Below are positions 10,283-20,925 of a stretch of DNA of 35,541 bases, in pieces. The translations under genes and the position numbers were made by a program. The notes beneath the pieces are model-generated. The model searched no databases and was not told the origin of the DNA. It saw only the letters and a list, made by a program, of their open reading frames with translations. The stretch is taken from assembly GCA_052055015.1 (NCBI GenBank), contig JBQJIT010000073.1. One strand, 5' to 3'. Source of the DNA: Malassezia furfur (Eukaryota). Numbering within the stretch: position 1 is the stretch's first letter; the number at the start of each line of letters is the position of its first letter.

Positions 10283-10976
10283 ATGTCCGAGCCACGAAAC
10301 GAGGCGTCTGCTGCGCCTACCGCGGCGTCCGATGCCGATGCGCCGTACCTCGTCGAATCTTACCAGCACGAAACTGGCGCGGGGTTGAAAGACCAGCTCC
10401 CCACCTATACATACTCCGCGTCCTCGACGGGAGAGCGGCCCACGGGCCAGCCTCGGTCATGGGACGAAGCAGCGCGCGCCAAGGCAACACCAATCCAGGG
10501 AAGACCTGCACAAGATACTGGCTACATCTACATTGACGTGGATTCCGAGGCACAATCTCGTGGCCCAATACCATCGCATGGCGTTGCGCCCATCAACACG
10601 ACCGTCACTGGGTATGCCACAGCGCTGGGCTGGGATCTGAGCAAGCTGTGCATCTTTCCGTACCTTTTTCCGCCCTTTACGAGCATGATGGTTCTTGTTT
10701 TGGAGACACAAAACGTACGTGCAGGACTTACGACAGGATTTGGTGCGATTCCACGGCTATCAGTCGGCACTGGCGAGCGCGGCGGTAATCGGCACCACCT
10801 TTGTCCTGCGCGCCATTTTGGGATGGACCACGCTCGCATGGCTTTTGGTACGGATATCCCTCGTGGCTTCTTGGTACTGTGCATACATTGCACATCAGTC
10901 GGCTACGGCGCTGGAACGTGAGCCCTTCTTGCCGTACGTGGGACCCTTGGCCGTTGCCTATGTAGGGGAGGAATAG
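10283..10976 (+). CDS. Small membrane protein, UPF0132/DUF4870-like
   Basis: Splicing the 22-nt intron 10715-10736 joins ..PYLFPPFTSMMVLVLETQN to DLVRFHGYQS..LPYVGPLA, a pattern resembling fungal 'E..SDYVRFHAWQS' membrane proteins. Confidence 0.75.
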
Positions 10977-11035
10977 ACGTGTCTTTCGACGTTACTTGTG
11001 TACATAAGTAGTTGGCTACATTCCTACGACTTAGC

Positions 11036-12487
11036 CTATGCCGCGATGAAGAAAAGGACAGCAGCAGCGATAGTCACGGCGATCACCTTCCGGAAGTGAG
11101 CCAACGGGGACAAGGTGTAGTCCACGAACACAAATCCGTTCAGTTTTGAGGTACAGCGCGCACGCTCCAGTATCACCGCAGGGCGGCCAACGGTGTCGAG
11201 GTATGTCGGGTACACGTCGATGCTCTCCGAGTCCATATCAAATGGCAGTGTAACGTCGATGTCCTTGGCACCTTCGGGCAGGACAATGCGCAGCTTGGCA
11301 TGGTCCACCGCCGTTTGAACGGGGGCAGTAAGGAACGGCACTGCGACGCGGAAGCGGTGGGACCCGGGTAGGCGTTTAGCAAGCCCCGCCGTGCTCATAC
11401 GCTGGTTCCAGCCGACCGTGAACGTGTAGTTCCAGCCGCCGAGCACGGGGAAACGCGGCTGGAGATCGAGCCGGCGCGGCATCAGCGGCCCGCCGGTGGA
11501 CGGACCAAAGCTCGAGGTAGACACGTTGCCGGTCGCATCCACATAATACACGTCGCGCGCCGCGGGCGGCAGCAGCACAGGCACCGAGTGGATCTGTGCA
11601 GCGACTTCCACGGACGGGTTGGACCACATGTTGACCATGTGCTTGGCTCGACTAAAGTGGCCCTTGAGTTTTGGACCGTCATTGCGCATCCAGATGGTGT
11701 CAGACGTGGCCATGTTGTCACCCCAATGGCTGATCTCGACATGGCGGTCGTAGTTCACAAACGTCAGCACAGGTCGATCGAATTCGTAATGCACGCGGCC
11801 CTGCGGCACGTCGGAAGTACCTGGGACAAACGCGGGCAGGTTGGCCGAGGGGCCGTACGTGATCGTCTTGGACTTGATCTTGGCGCCATCCTTGGGAGCG
11901 AACGAGACCACGTTCGTGTGTGGTGTCTTGATTATGACGGTGCCCGACTGCGTGGGGTACGCCGGACGCAGCGACACATCGCCGCTCCACAGCATCAGTT
12001 GCTTCTCAGCCTGGGCAATCGCCTTGGGCAGCGGCTGCGTGTCGTGCAAAACACTGGCAAACACGCGCACACGCACATCCCCACCTGACTGCACCATGTG
12101 GCGCGGCAGCAGCGCAGCGTACCAGTGTTCGCCCTCCTTGACGTTCACGGGCCCACCGCGCTCCACAGGCACGCGCACACTGTCCTTCTTGCTAGACAAG
12201 AGGCTGGCAGATGCACGGATGTACGCGAGGTTCCGCTCCTCCTCCTCAGATAGGTACAAGACGAGTGGGAGGGTGTCGTCGGACGCATACGCGGGCATTT
12301 CGCCCGTGGGCTGGGCGGTGATGTCCCATTCAATCTGGGTAACCGCACCGCCCAGCTCTAGCTGCTTCACCACCGACTTTTGCGTCCATCCAACGGCTGC
12401 TTGGCACTGCGCGACGGCCGCGCAAACGAGGGCCAAGAGGAAGATATACATCCAATTCCTCGACATGCTGCCCCAGGACGTGTGCAT
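11036..12487 (-). CDS. OST1: Oligosaccharyltransferase subunit Ost1 (ribophorin I)
   Basis: Signal peptide, RHVEISHWG, LKGHFSR, YYVDATGNVSTS, QPRFPVLGGWNYTFTVGW, TYLDTVGRP and a C-terminal TM helix. The start could instead be the ATG at 12466. Confidence 0.95.
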   Translation of the reverse strand: MHTSWGSMSRNWMYIFLLALVCAAVAQCQAAVGWTQKSVVKQLELGGAVTQIEWDITAQPTGEMPAYASDDTLPLVLYLSEEEERNLAYIRASASLLSSKKDSVRVPVERGGPVNVKEGEHWYAALLPRHMVQSGGDVRVRVFASVLHDTQPLPKAIAQAEKQLMLWSGDVSLRPAYPTQSGTVIIKTPHTNVVSFAPKDGAKIKSKTITYGPSANLPAFVPGTSDVPQGRVHYEFDRPVLTFVNYDRHVEISHWGDNMATSDTIWMRNDGPKLKGHFSRAKHMVNMWSNPSVEVAAQIHSVPVLLPPAARDVYYVDATGNVSTSSFGPSTGGPLMPRRLDLQPRFPVLGGWNYTFTVGWNQRMSTAGLAKRLPGSHRFRVAVPFLTAPVQTAVDHAKLRIVLPEGAKDIDVTLPFDMDSESIDVYPTYLDTVGRPAVILERARCTSKLNGFVFVDYTLSPLAHFRKVIAVTIAAAVLFFIAA

Positions 12488-12604
12488 GACACGCAACGTG
12501 GTCGCTCTTCGCACGGGCAGCGCCCACGCACCGGCTACGCTGTAGGGTTGATTTGCAATAAAATTCAAGTGATCGACCGACGCGTCTCCACCCTGTTCAC
12601 CGCG

Positions 12605-13076
12605 ATGTCGACCACGAAGGACACGAAGCCGAACGCCAACGAAGCGCAGGAGGCACAAAAGACGGAGGGAGCCGAGAAGCCGAGCATCCCCTCGCTCGGC
12701 GCGCTCGATGAGGATGACGAGTTTGAGGAGTTTGAGACCGAAGGTATGTTGCCATGTGCGACTGACCCCACAGACTGGCCCGACTCGGAAACCGTTCCAA
12801 ACAGCGCGCAGAACAGTGGATTCGCGCCTACCGATGGTGCATCAGTCGCGCTTGATATGAGCGGGTCTGCGCGGTCGGGCGGCGACCACCTTTGGGAGGA
12901 CAATTGGGACGACGACGACATCGAAGACGACTTCAGCAATGCACTTCGGTACGTATGCGGACACCGCGGTCCATGGACCAAACGTCCCTGGACGCATGCG
13001 CGCGGCATACTCGGGCAGGACTAACCCCAGCGCCGAACTCGCCAAGTCGAGCGCGCCTGAGGCGATGGCGACATAG
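12605..13076 (+). CDS. SEM1: Proteasome/TREX-2 subunit Sem1/Dss1
   Basis: LDEDDEFEEF..DW and [23 protein letters not shown] after removing introns 12744-12773 and 12949-13030. Confidence 0.95.
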
Positions 13077-13312
13077 TCGCCACGCCGCCCCTGTAGCTTT
13101 GCCACTAGGTACCATGAGATACGAGGAACGCTATACCCTCCTATGTTGTATGTGCCACACACTGTAGTTACTGTCACCTCACGCGCCACGCCGCGCTGCG
13201 CACCCCGCCGCGCACCGTGCCGTGCACCGTGCCCTGGCAGACCCTCCCCCAGAGCCTCGTCACGTGCGTATGAGCACGGGCGGCGCGCGCGTGCGGCAGG
13301 TTCGTTGACGAC

Positions 13313-13965
13313 ATGCAGGCAGCTGGCGAGCAGGGGAATGCAGAGGCGGTAGCTGCCGCGGACTCGCACTTGTCGGAGTACGAGTCGCGCGATCATGCCG
13401 TGTCTGAAGTGCGCGAGGCTGACGGCGAAGATGCTGAGCTCGAGGCCATGAAGCAGCGTGTCGCCGAAATGGAGGCGGAGGCCGCCAAGCTGCGCGAAAT
13501 GAACGATGCCGCCGAAAACGAGCTGGGTGGCGCAGGTGCGGGCAGCGCTTTTCCCACCGAAGAGGAGAAGATGGAGGTCGACAGCCGGAGTATCTACGTG
13601 GGCAACGTACGTCTCCCGCCGCACTAACGCAGGTTGACTACGGCGCGACGCCCGAAGAGATCCAGCAGCACTTCCAGAGCTGTGGCACGATCAACCGCGT
13701 GACCATCCTGTGTGACAAGTTCACGGGACATCCTAAGGGCTTTGCGTACGTCGAGTTTGCCGACCCGTCGTTCGTGGAGAACGCGTCGGTGCTCAACGAG
13801 TCGCTCTTCCGTGGACGCCTGCTCAAAGTCACGCCGAAGCGGACCAACGTCCCTGGTCTTGCAGCGCGTGGTCGCGGGCGTGGGCGGGGATTCCGCGGCG
13901 GATACCGAGGTCGCGGTGGATACCGGCCGCGCGGGTCGTGGCGCGGACGCGGACGTGGGTACTAG
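13313..13965 (+). CDS. PAB2: Nuclear poly(A)-binding protein (Pab2/PABPN1)
   Basis: [22 protein letters not shown] coiled coil, RRM ([22 protein letters not shown]) and RGG tail. Intron 13607-13632 (26 nt). Confidence 0.93.
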
Positions 13966-13996
13966 GTTTGCACACGCAGCGCGTAGGATTGCTAGG

Positions 13997-14997
13997 CTAT
14001 GAGAACGGTGACAGCGCCTCGAAGGCCGGCGCCGAAATCCACTGTAGGTAGGACCGGGGGTCATGGACCACGGGCAGCCACGAAAATAGACTCGACACGC
14101 CGCCTGCGCTCGCCGAGCCCTCGTTGGAGAAGCGCGGCAGTTGGATGGGCGTCGGCGACGTCTGCTGCCGAATTTCGTCGATAATCGCCTGCGCACGCCG
14201 TTGGCCGAGCTCTCTTGCCGATGGCGAGACAGCGGGCGTGTCGGATGCGGATGTGGATGCCTTCGACCATGCATCGTTACCCTGGTTCTCGTCGTACGGC
14301 GTCGTGTTGGCCGCATTCGGCGCGAGCGTATGCGTGGGCTGCTCGAGCGACTGGGATTCGCGCTCTTTGGTGCGCTCTTGATCGTCGCTCTCAAGTGCCC
14401 AGCGCATCTCTTCGACGAGTGGCTTGTTGTCGAGCCACCCGTGCCGCGCTGCTAGCTTCCACAGGAGCTGTACCGACTCGTTGAGCGAGTAGAGCGTCTG
14501 CTCCTGGCCAGAGCTGGCAGGCGACGATGCTGGTGCGTCGAGGGTCCGTGGATGATTGCCGTGCGGTATACTCTCCTTGAGCAGTTGAATCTCTTGCCTG
14601 AGCTCCTCAATATGGTCGTCGATCCGATCGCGCGCGTGCGCTCGACTGCGTGACCCTCGGTAGGTTTCTCCTATGATTAAGGCAGCAGCGACAAAGAAGA
14701 GGAAGCCCTCAGAAATGGCATTGGCGCCATTCGTGATAGCCTGGAGTGAGTCCGTTAGCGTACCTTGGAGTCATTCAGCGGGCGAACCTTGAGCTTCTCG
14801 GAGCCCGGCACGAGGTTGGCACGCAGGCGCATTTCCGTGCGGTGCATCTTCTGGGCCAGCTCGATGCAAATCTGGGTGAGAGGTGTAGAGCATACCTTGC
14901 GGAACGTCTCATCCTGCGTAGCACGGTGCTTGAGACTTGTCGCGATTGGCTTGGCGAGCGTACGAACCGCAAGCGTGACGAGTTTCGCGGTCGCCAT
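13997..14997 (-). CDS. OPA3: OPA3-like mitochondrial protein
   Basis: MATAKLVTLAVRTLAKPIA..FRK|ICIELAQ..VRPLNDSK|AITNGANAISEGFLF. Introns 14872-14895 (24 nt) and 14741-14763 (23 nt). Confidence 0.88.
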
Positions 14998-15136
14998 CGT
15001 TTCGGATGCGGGCAGCGGGGCAAAGGACGTGGCGCCTCCACAACAGACCAGATCCGCACACGCCACCCGGGGGGCAGGGGGTCGGTGGCGCAAGGCTCGC
15101 ATTGCGGGGTGCGCTGGTTGTCTGTCTCTATGTTGC

Positions 15137-16852
15137 CTATCCGGACCATTCGATGGTCTTCAAATCAATCCCGTCTTGCACCATCTCCCACAGCGGACTC
15201 AGCTCACGCAGGCGGTTAACAACCGCCACAATCTTGTCACACACAAAGTCGATCTCCTCGACGGTCGTGAACCGGCCAATGCCGAAACGCAGACTAGAGT
15301 GTGCGTTGGCATCGTCCAGACCGAGCGCACGCAGTACGTACGACGGCTCAAGCGACGCCGAGGTGCACGCCGAGCCGGATGACAGGCAGATATCCTTGAG
15401 CGCCATCAGCAGCGACTCGCCCTCAATGTACTGGAACGTGAGGTTCGTGCAGCCAGGGTAGCCCTCGGGGTCGCCATTGAGCAGCACCATCTCGACGCGC
15501 GACATGATGTTGTCGCGCAGGCGCTTGGCCAGCGCGGAAATGTGCGCATGATCGTACTGAAGGTCAGCTTTGTTCGCGAAAATGCCGGTGCAACGCGTCT
15601 CAAGTTCCCTGCAGTAGCCAGGGCCGCACACATCGGCGCGACGCGCCTTCGTGATGGAGTACACCACCTCGACCCACATCGAACATGCCCGTGTAGCGTC
15701 AAGGCAATGTGCAGCATGCACAAATGGCCCTGTGTGGTCTCATCTTTGACGCGCACACCGGCTTTGTATACGTACCGCCATTTCCTCCTTGGCGAGGCGC
15801 GCCGCCTCGCCAAATCCAACAACAAGTGGCGTTGCGAGCGTGCCGCTACGCAGACCACGCTCTTGACCACCGCCCGAGATGATTGCCTCCAGGCGCACAC
15901 GCGGGCGACGGCGCACAAAGCATGCGCCAATGCCCTTGGGGCCGTACAGCTTGTGGCTCGACATGCTCATCAGGTCAATGCCAGCCTCGTTCACATCGAT
16001 CGGAATTTTGCCGAGCGCCTGCGCCGCATCCGTATGGAAGAACGGCTTGGGCGTGCCGCGACCAAGCTCCTTGGCAAGGTCTGCACCATACGTCTTGAGC
16101 AGGTGGCCGATCTCCTTGATCGGCTGAATCACACCAATCTCGTTGTTCACCGTCATGATCGACACAATGGCCGTCGTCGGACGCAGGGCGGCCTTAAGTT
16201 CTTCGAGGTTCACCTGGCCGTTGCTCTGCACGGGCAGGTAGGTCACCTCGAACCCCTCCTCCTGGAGCGCACGGCACGAGTCGAGCACACACTTGTGCTC
16301 GGTTTGCGTGGTGATGATGTGGTTCTTCTTCGACTTGTAAAAGCGCGCCACACCCTTGAGCGCCATGTTGTTGCTCTCGGTGGCGCCCGAGGTGAAAATC
16401 ACCTCCTTGGGGTCGGCGTGAATCAGGTCTGCGATGTGCTTGCGGCCCTGCTCAGCAGCCGACTCGGTCTCCCAGCCATAGGCATGGGTACGCGAGTGGG
16501 GGTTGCCGAACTGGTTGATGTAGTAGGGCAGCATGGCGTCCAGCACACGGGGATCGGTTGGCGTCGTGGACTGCGCATCGAGGTAGATGGGACGGTTGGC
16601 AGGGCGCTCACCCTTCTCGCCTTCCATCGCATGGCTAAAGATCTCCTCGCGGCTCACAGGATGCATATCGCCGTCCGCCTCGTCGTTCGCCACACGACCC
16701 TTGGTGCGGTTGGCGTTGACAATCATCGCCATCGCCGGCTGCGACGACGGTGCAACATAGCCACGCCGAAGAACAGGCGCTCGTGCACCAAGCGCCTGGC
16801 GGTATACTGGCCTTGTGGCAGAGATGCCCCATCGGAGCGAGCTAGCAAGCAT
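15137..16852 (-). CDS. NFS1: Mitochondrial cysteine desulfurase Nfs1
   Basis: [38 protein letters not shown] (PLP lysine) and [15 protein letters not shown] (catalytic Cys). Single intron 15557-15775. Confidence 0.97.
15557..15775 (-). other. 219-nt structured intron of NFS1 (candidate intronic ncRNA host)
   Basis: GTACGT donor, CTGAC branch site, CAG acceptor; splicing restores EEMA|YDHAHI. Terminal inverted repeat at 15748-15762 / 15584-15599. Confidence 0.85.
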
Positions 16853-16991
16853 GCTGGCCGGTGTCGAAAACGCAGCAGCCACCGCGCCAACTACAAGTTC
16901 GGCCGAACCGTCGCGTGGCGGAGGGTGGGTGTGGGGGAGGGAGGCTGCGCAAACCTCAGCGGCAGTATGAATACAGACGTGGGCTATCGCG

Positions 16992-18031
16992 CTAAAACGT
17001 CTCAGTCTCGTCCAAGGGCTCCGCCTGTGTGAGTGTGGCGGGGAGGATACGTACCTGGTCAACCACGTCGGGAAGCTCAAAGCCTTCCTCGGTCTGGTAC
17101 AGCACACCTTGGATCTGCTTCAGTGTCTCCGTCTCCGCGGCGGCCGCCTTCTCGTCGCCGTCGGACGCCTCAGCAACCCGCGCCAGGTCCGCAAGGCGCT
17201 CCTGGACGAGCACTTCGACGTCCCGTAGCTTGCCGAAGTAAAAGTCGCGTTCGCGCTCCAGGCTGTCCACGCTGACCTTCATCTCGTCAATCTCCGCCGT
17301 GAGCTGGTTGATCGTCTCATTGGAGATGGCCGCAGATGATGCACCACGCGCCGGTACACCACCGCGTGCCATCGACATACGCCGCGCCGTAGGGTTCGCC
17401 GCAGCTGCCGTACGTGGCGTACTCGCACCGCCCGCTACGCTCGGTCGCGGCGCCACACTGGGACGCGGCGCCACACTGGGACGCGGCGCCGTGCTGTGCC
17501 GCGGCACAGGGGGCACCGTCCCTTGCCGTGATACGGTCGACTGCCGCGACGCGGTGCCTGCACGCGCGCCCATACTTTGCCGGCGCCCTGCCATGCTCGC
17601 TGCCGAGCCCGCACGCGAAGGTGCTGCGGCGCGCCGTGCATCCGCATCGTACCCGTCACCTGCATAGTTGGTGTCCCAAAACTTTTTGAGCCACTGCAGG
17701 AACTCGAGGTTGTCCTGCATCTTGCAGCGCACCAGCCGGTCGACGGGGATCGGTTTGTCGATGCGGTTACGCTGGAATACGGTCTGCAAGATCTTGTAGT
17801 TGGCCATCGATTCGTACTCGTGCTTTGCAGCGTAGTTGATGCGCGACATGGGCACGTTGCCTGCGCGTCAGCGCGCAACACCTACCGTAAATGGAGTCAA
17901 TCACCTGTGCATAGGCGGCGCCTGAGTCAGATTAGGCATCACATACCATTTCCACACTGTTCTACCTTGGTGTAGTTGAGCGCAAGCAGCTCGTTGATCC
18001 ACGCGATCAGTTCCGTACGCGAAGCCGACAT
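16992..18031 (-). CDS. BIM1: Microtubule plus-end protein EB1 (Bim1/Mal3)
   Basis: [68 protein letters not shown] and acidic-aromatic tail ETETF. Introns 17922-17946, 17861-17885 and 17025-17054. Confidence 0.96.
17438..17490 (-). repeat. 18-bp coding repeat (APRPSV)x3 in the Bim1 linker
   Basis: Units resembling cacactgggacgcggcgc; translation reads [19 protein letters not shown]. Confidence 0.8.
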
Positions 18032-18108
18032 GACCACGACGCGGACGAGCCGAGGAACGACACCAACACTGGTGCTGCCGCGCGTGTATCACGTGATCCA
18101 GCACGTGG

Positions 18109-19288
18109 TTACGGTACGCTATAGAGCCAAATGGGCGTGGTGCGCGCCGCGGCCCCCGCACCGGCGCCGCTCGCGGCCATCTCGGTACCGCTGTAGGCTA
18201 GTAGCAGGCGTGATGGGTGCCATGCCACTGTATTGATTGTAGCCGAAACAGGAATTTTGTGCGCGACGCGGTTGGACGCCATCGACATCTGCGGTGAGCC
18301 GACGACCAGACGTACAATGTGCAGCGCCGCGTCCTCGCCGCCGGCCGCGAGCCACTCTCCGTCAAACGAAAAGTCGAGGCTCCGCGCAGGAAACTTTAGC
18401 GAGGAAAAGACGTGCAGTGACTCCCACTCAGCCGCATCCCAGATAGCGATCGTACTATCGGCCGCGCCGGTCGCGACGACCCGCGACGTGGGGTCCCAAT
18501 TGATGCAGAACACCGCGGCAGGGTGCACAGGGCGCGTCAGCACGCACTCCCAGTCCGCCGATGTATCCACTTCACCGGCCTGCAGCTGCGAAGGCACGCG
18601 CAGGAAGCGAATCTGCCCGCTGCCCATCGGCAGCAGCAATAGCGAGCCGTCAGGCGACCATGCGAGTTCATTGATCTGCGTCAGTCGTAAATATGCATAC
18701 CTCTTCACGGTCCGTTGCACCATCTTTGATTGTGCGCACGAGCGAGCCCTGTTGTGCGTCCACGAGCACCACCGTCTCGCTCTTGTCGCCAGCCGTCAGG
18801 TAACGCCCGTCAGGACTGTACGCGAGGTTGATGTTGCTCCCCGGCGTGTGAATGACATTGGCCGCTGCGGGAGCGCGCAAATCCCATAACCGGACCGTTT
18901 TGTCCGTGCTGCCCGTCGCCAGCAGCGCAGGGTGCGCCGGATTGCAGGCAACGGCCGAAATCTGGTCACTGTGCCCCACAAGCTCCTTGCTGGTACGCAC
19001 GTCGTGCTGCGTCAAGAATTCCACGTACGCTCCGCTCAGGGTACCACACGCGCGCAATGCGATCGTGCCCGCCACTAATGAGCGCGTCGCCGTCCGAGGT
19101 CCACGCCAGCGCACGGATCCCCAGACGATGCCCGCCGCGCAGCTCCTTGGGCGCGGGCGACGAGGCGAACGACGGGTACTGCGTTAGCCCGCGGTACCTA
19201 CCGACATCCCACGTCGTGTAAAGAACGACGCGTCCGAGCACTCGTCCTCGATCGCGCCCGCACGCCGCTCCGGTGCGGTGTGTGCCAT
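18109..19288 (-). CDS. TEX1: WD40 TREX/THO subunit Tex1 (THOC3)
   Basis: WD repeats including ELVGHSDQ, TPGSNINLAYSPDG, EE|INELAWS and VAWHPSRLLLAY. Introns 19179-19201, 19007-19028, 18676-18700 and 18289-18315. Confidence 0.85.
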
Positions 19289-19335
19289 GGCGGCCTTCGC
19301 GGACCCAAGTTTTCCTCGGCCGATACTACCTCACG

Positions 19336-20861
19336 CTACTGGGGCCGTGCGAGGGCACGAAGCAACTCGCGCGCGTCGGCGTGCGGCACGGCCGGCTCGG
19401 GCGGCGCGCCTTCGCTTGGCGCACGCACACCCGCGAGCAGCGCGTCCAGGCGTTGCTGTTCGCTGGGCTCCGTAGCGTCCTCCTCGCCTTGGGGCGCCGC
19501 AAACGACGCGAGTCCGGCCGATGTCCGTTCCTGCAGGGCCTGCGACGCCCGCGTCGCAACTTGACCCAAGTACTTGGCCGCGAGCGCATCCAGCTGCCCC
19601 ACGGCATGCAGCCGCATCTCGATCTCATCAGCACGGAGTTCGAGGGTACGCAGGTGCGCGTCTGTCTCGGTACCGGGGATGTCGCTGCCCGGCTCCTGGT
19701 CGCGCTTGGCGACTGCCGCGGCGTTCAGCTCGTGTGCGGCCTGCAAAACCTCGTCAGCGAGCGCAAGATGAGCGCGTGTCGCCTCGTCGAGGTCTGCCGC
19801 TGTCCACAGCACGCCGTGCTCGGCGTCTTCTGCGGCATGACTCGCAAGCGCCGCGTCGATCTCGGCGGCGATCGCATCGTCCTCGTCGGCGTCATCGCCC
19901 ATCGCAGACGCACGCCCCTTGTCCTTGGCACTTTGTTCGCGAACCTCGGCCGCGAGTTGTGTGTAGCGCTCGGCCTCAACCTGAATACGTTGCAAACACT
20001 CTTCCTGGGCCTCCCATGCAGCGAGCTCCGCGTGGAGCTGCTGCTGCATGCCCTCGAGCTGTTGCGCAGCGTGCGCATTGGACTGGTTGCGCGGATGAGG
20101 CTGAAGCGACCGCGGCTCGTGGTCTTTCGACTGGTTCAGCCAGCTGATCCCGATTAGGCCGTCGTTCAGATCACGGAGGGTATCGTCAATTACCTTGCGC
20201 AGCAGCGGCGCTGTTTCGGCGAGTTTCTGCTTCTCTTGCTCGGTCAGTGCACGTGCGGCGTGGGGGGGTATCGCGTGCAGCAGCGCAAGCTCAGCATTGT
20301 GTGCGGACGCCTTGCCGAGGCGCGGCATAGGCGCCTCGCCGAGCGCCTGGGGGATGCTGCGGTGCAGCGTCCAGTTCAGCAGGTGTTTCATCCGGACCAC
20401 AGGTGGCGCCTGGTCACTCAGATGGCGGTACAGCGCCTGATCGGGTACGTCAATGTGAGGATATGCGGGCGTGCCATCGCGCAGGCTCGACATGCGCCGC
20501 AGACCCTTGACGTTGATGCTGTTGCGCCGCGCGACCGGCGGACGCGTCGGGCGCGTCGGGCGCGAGGCAACAGGGACGGGTGCGGCACGCGCAGGTGCCC
20601 TACTGGGCCCCGGCTGCGAGGACTCGCGTATAAACACGAGATCGTCGACCACTTCCTCGCGGAGCGCTGCGTGAGCGCGCGCGACCTACCTTTGTTCGGC
20701 CGATGCGTGTCGGCGTCGTGATGCGCCGTGCGCTTCTCCCGTGCGGGCGCGACGCGCTCGATGTGAGCCGTAAATGAGTCGTCTGCCTGTGCGCTGCCCG
20801 CGCGCTGTGCTGCGGTTTCGGCGTGCGCGCGCCGTCGCGGGCTCCTCCGCACTCCCGACAT
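19336..20861 (-). CDS. DSN1: Kinetochore MIND/Mis12-complex subunit Dsn1/Mis13
   Basis: LREEVVDDLVFIR, RRMSSLRDG..PHIDVPDQALYRHL..PVVRMKHLLNW, ISW and PHPRNQSN motifs. Intron 20667-20689 links the upstream exon. Confidence 0.8.
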
Positions 20862-20925
20862 AACGCGAAGCACGGAGCGCGGCGCGTGTTTGCGCGCTTG
20901 TCGGCACATATCACGTGATTAGAGC

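Noticed and set aside
15740..15742. Selenocysteine or readthrough of the single in-frame TGA in NFS1
   Set aside because: The TGA lies inside a consensus intron whose removal restores normal Nfs1, and Dikarya are not known to use selenocysteine.
15557..15775. TPP riboswitch in the NFS1 intron (contains TGAGA and GAACTTGA)
   Set aside because: The required downstream aptamer segment (roughly TCTGGATAATACCAGCG) is absent, so the short matches are insufficient.
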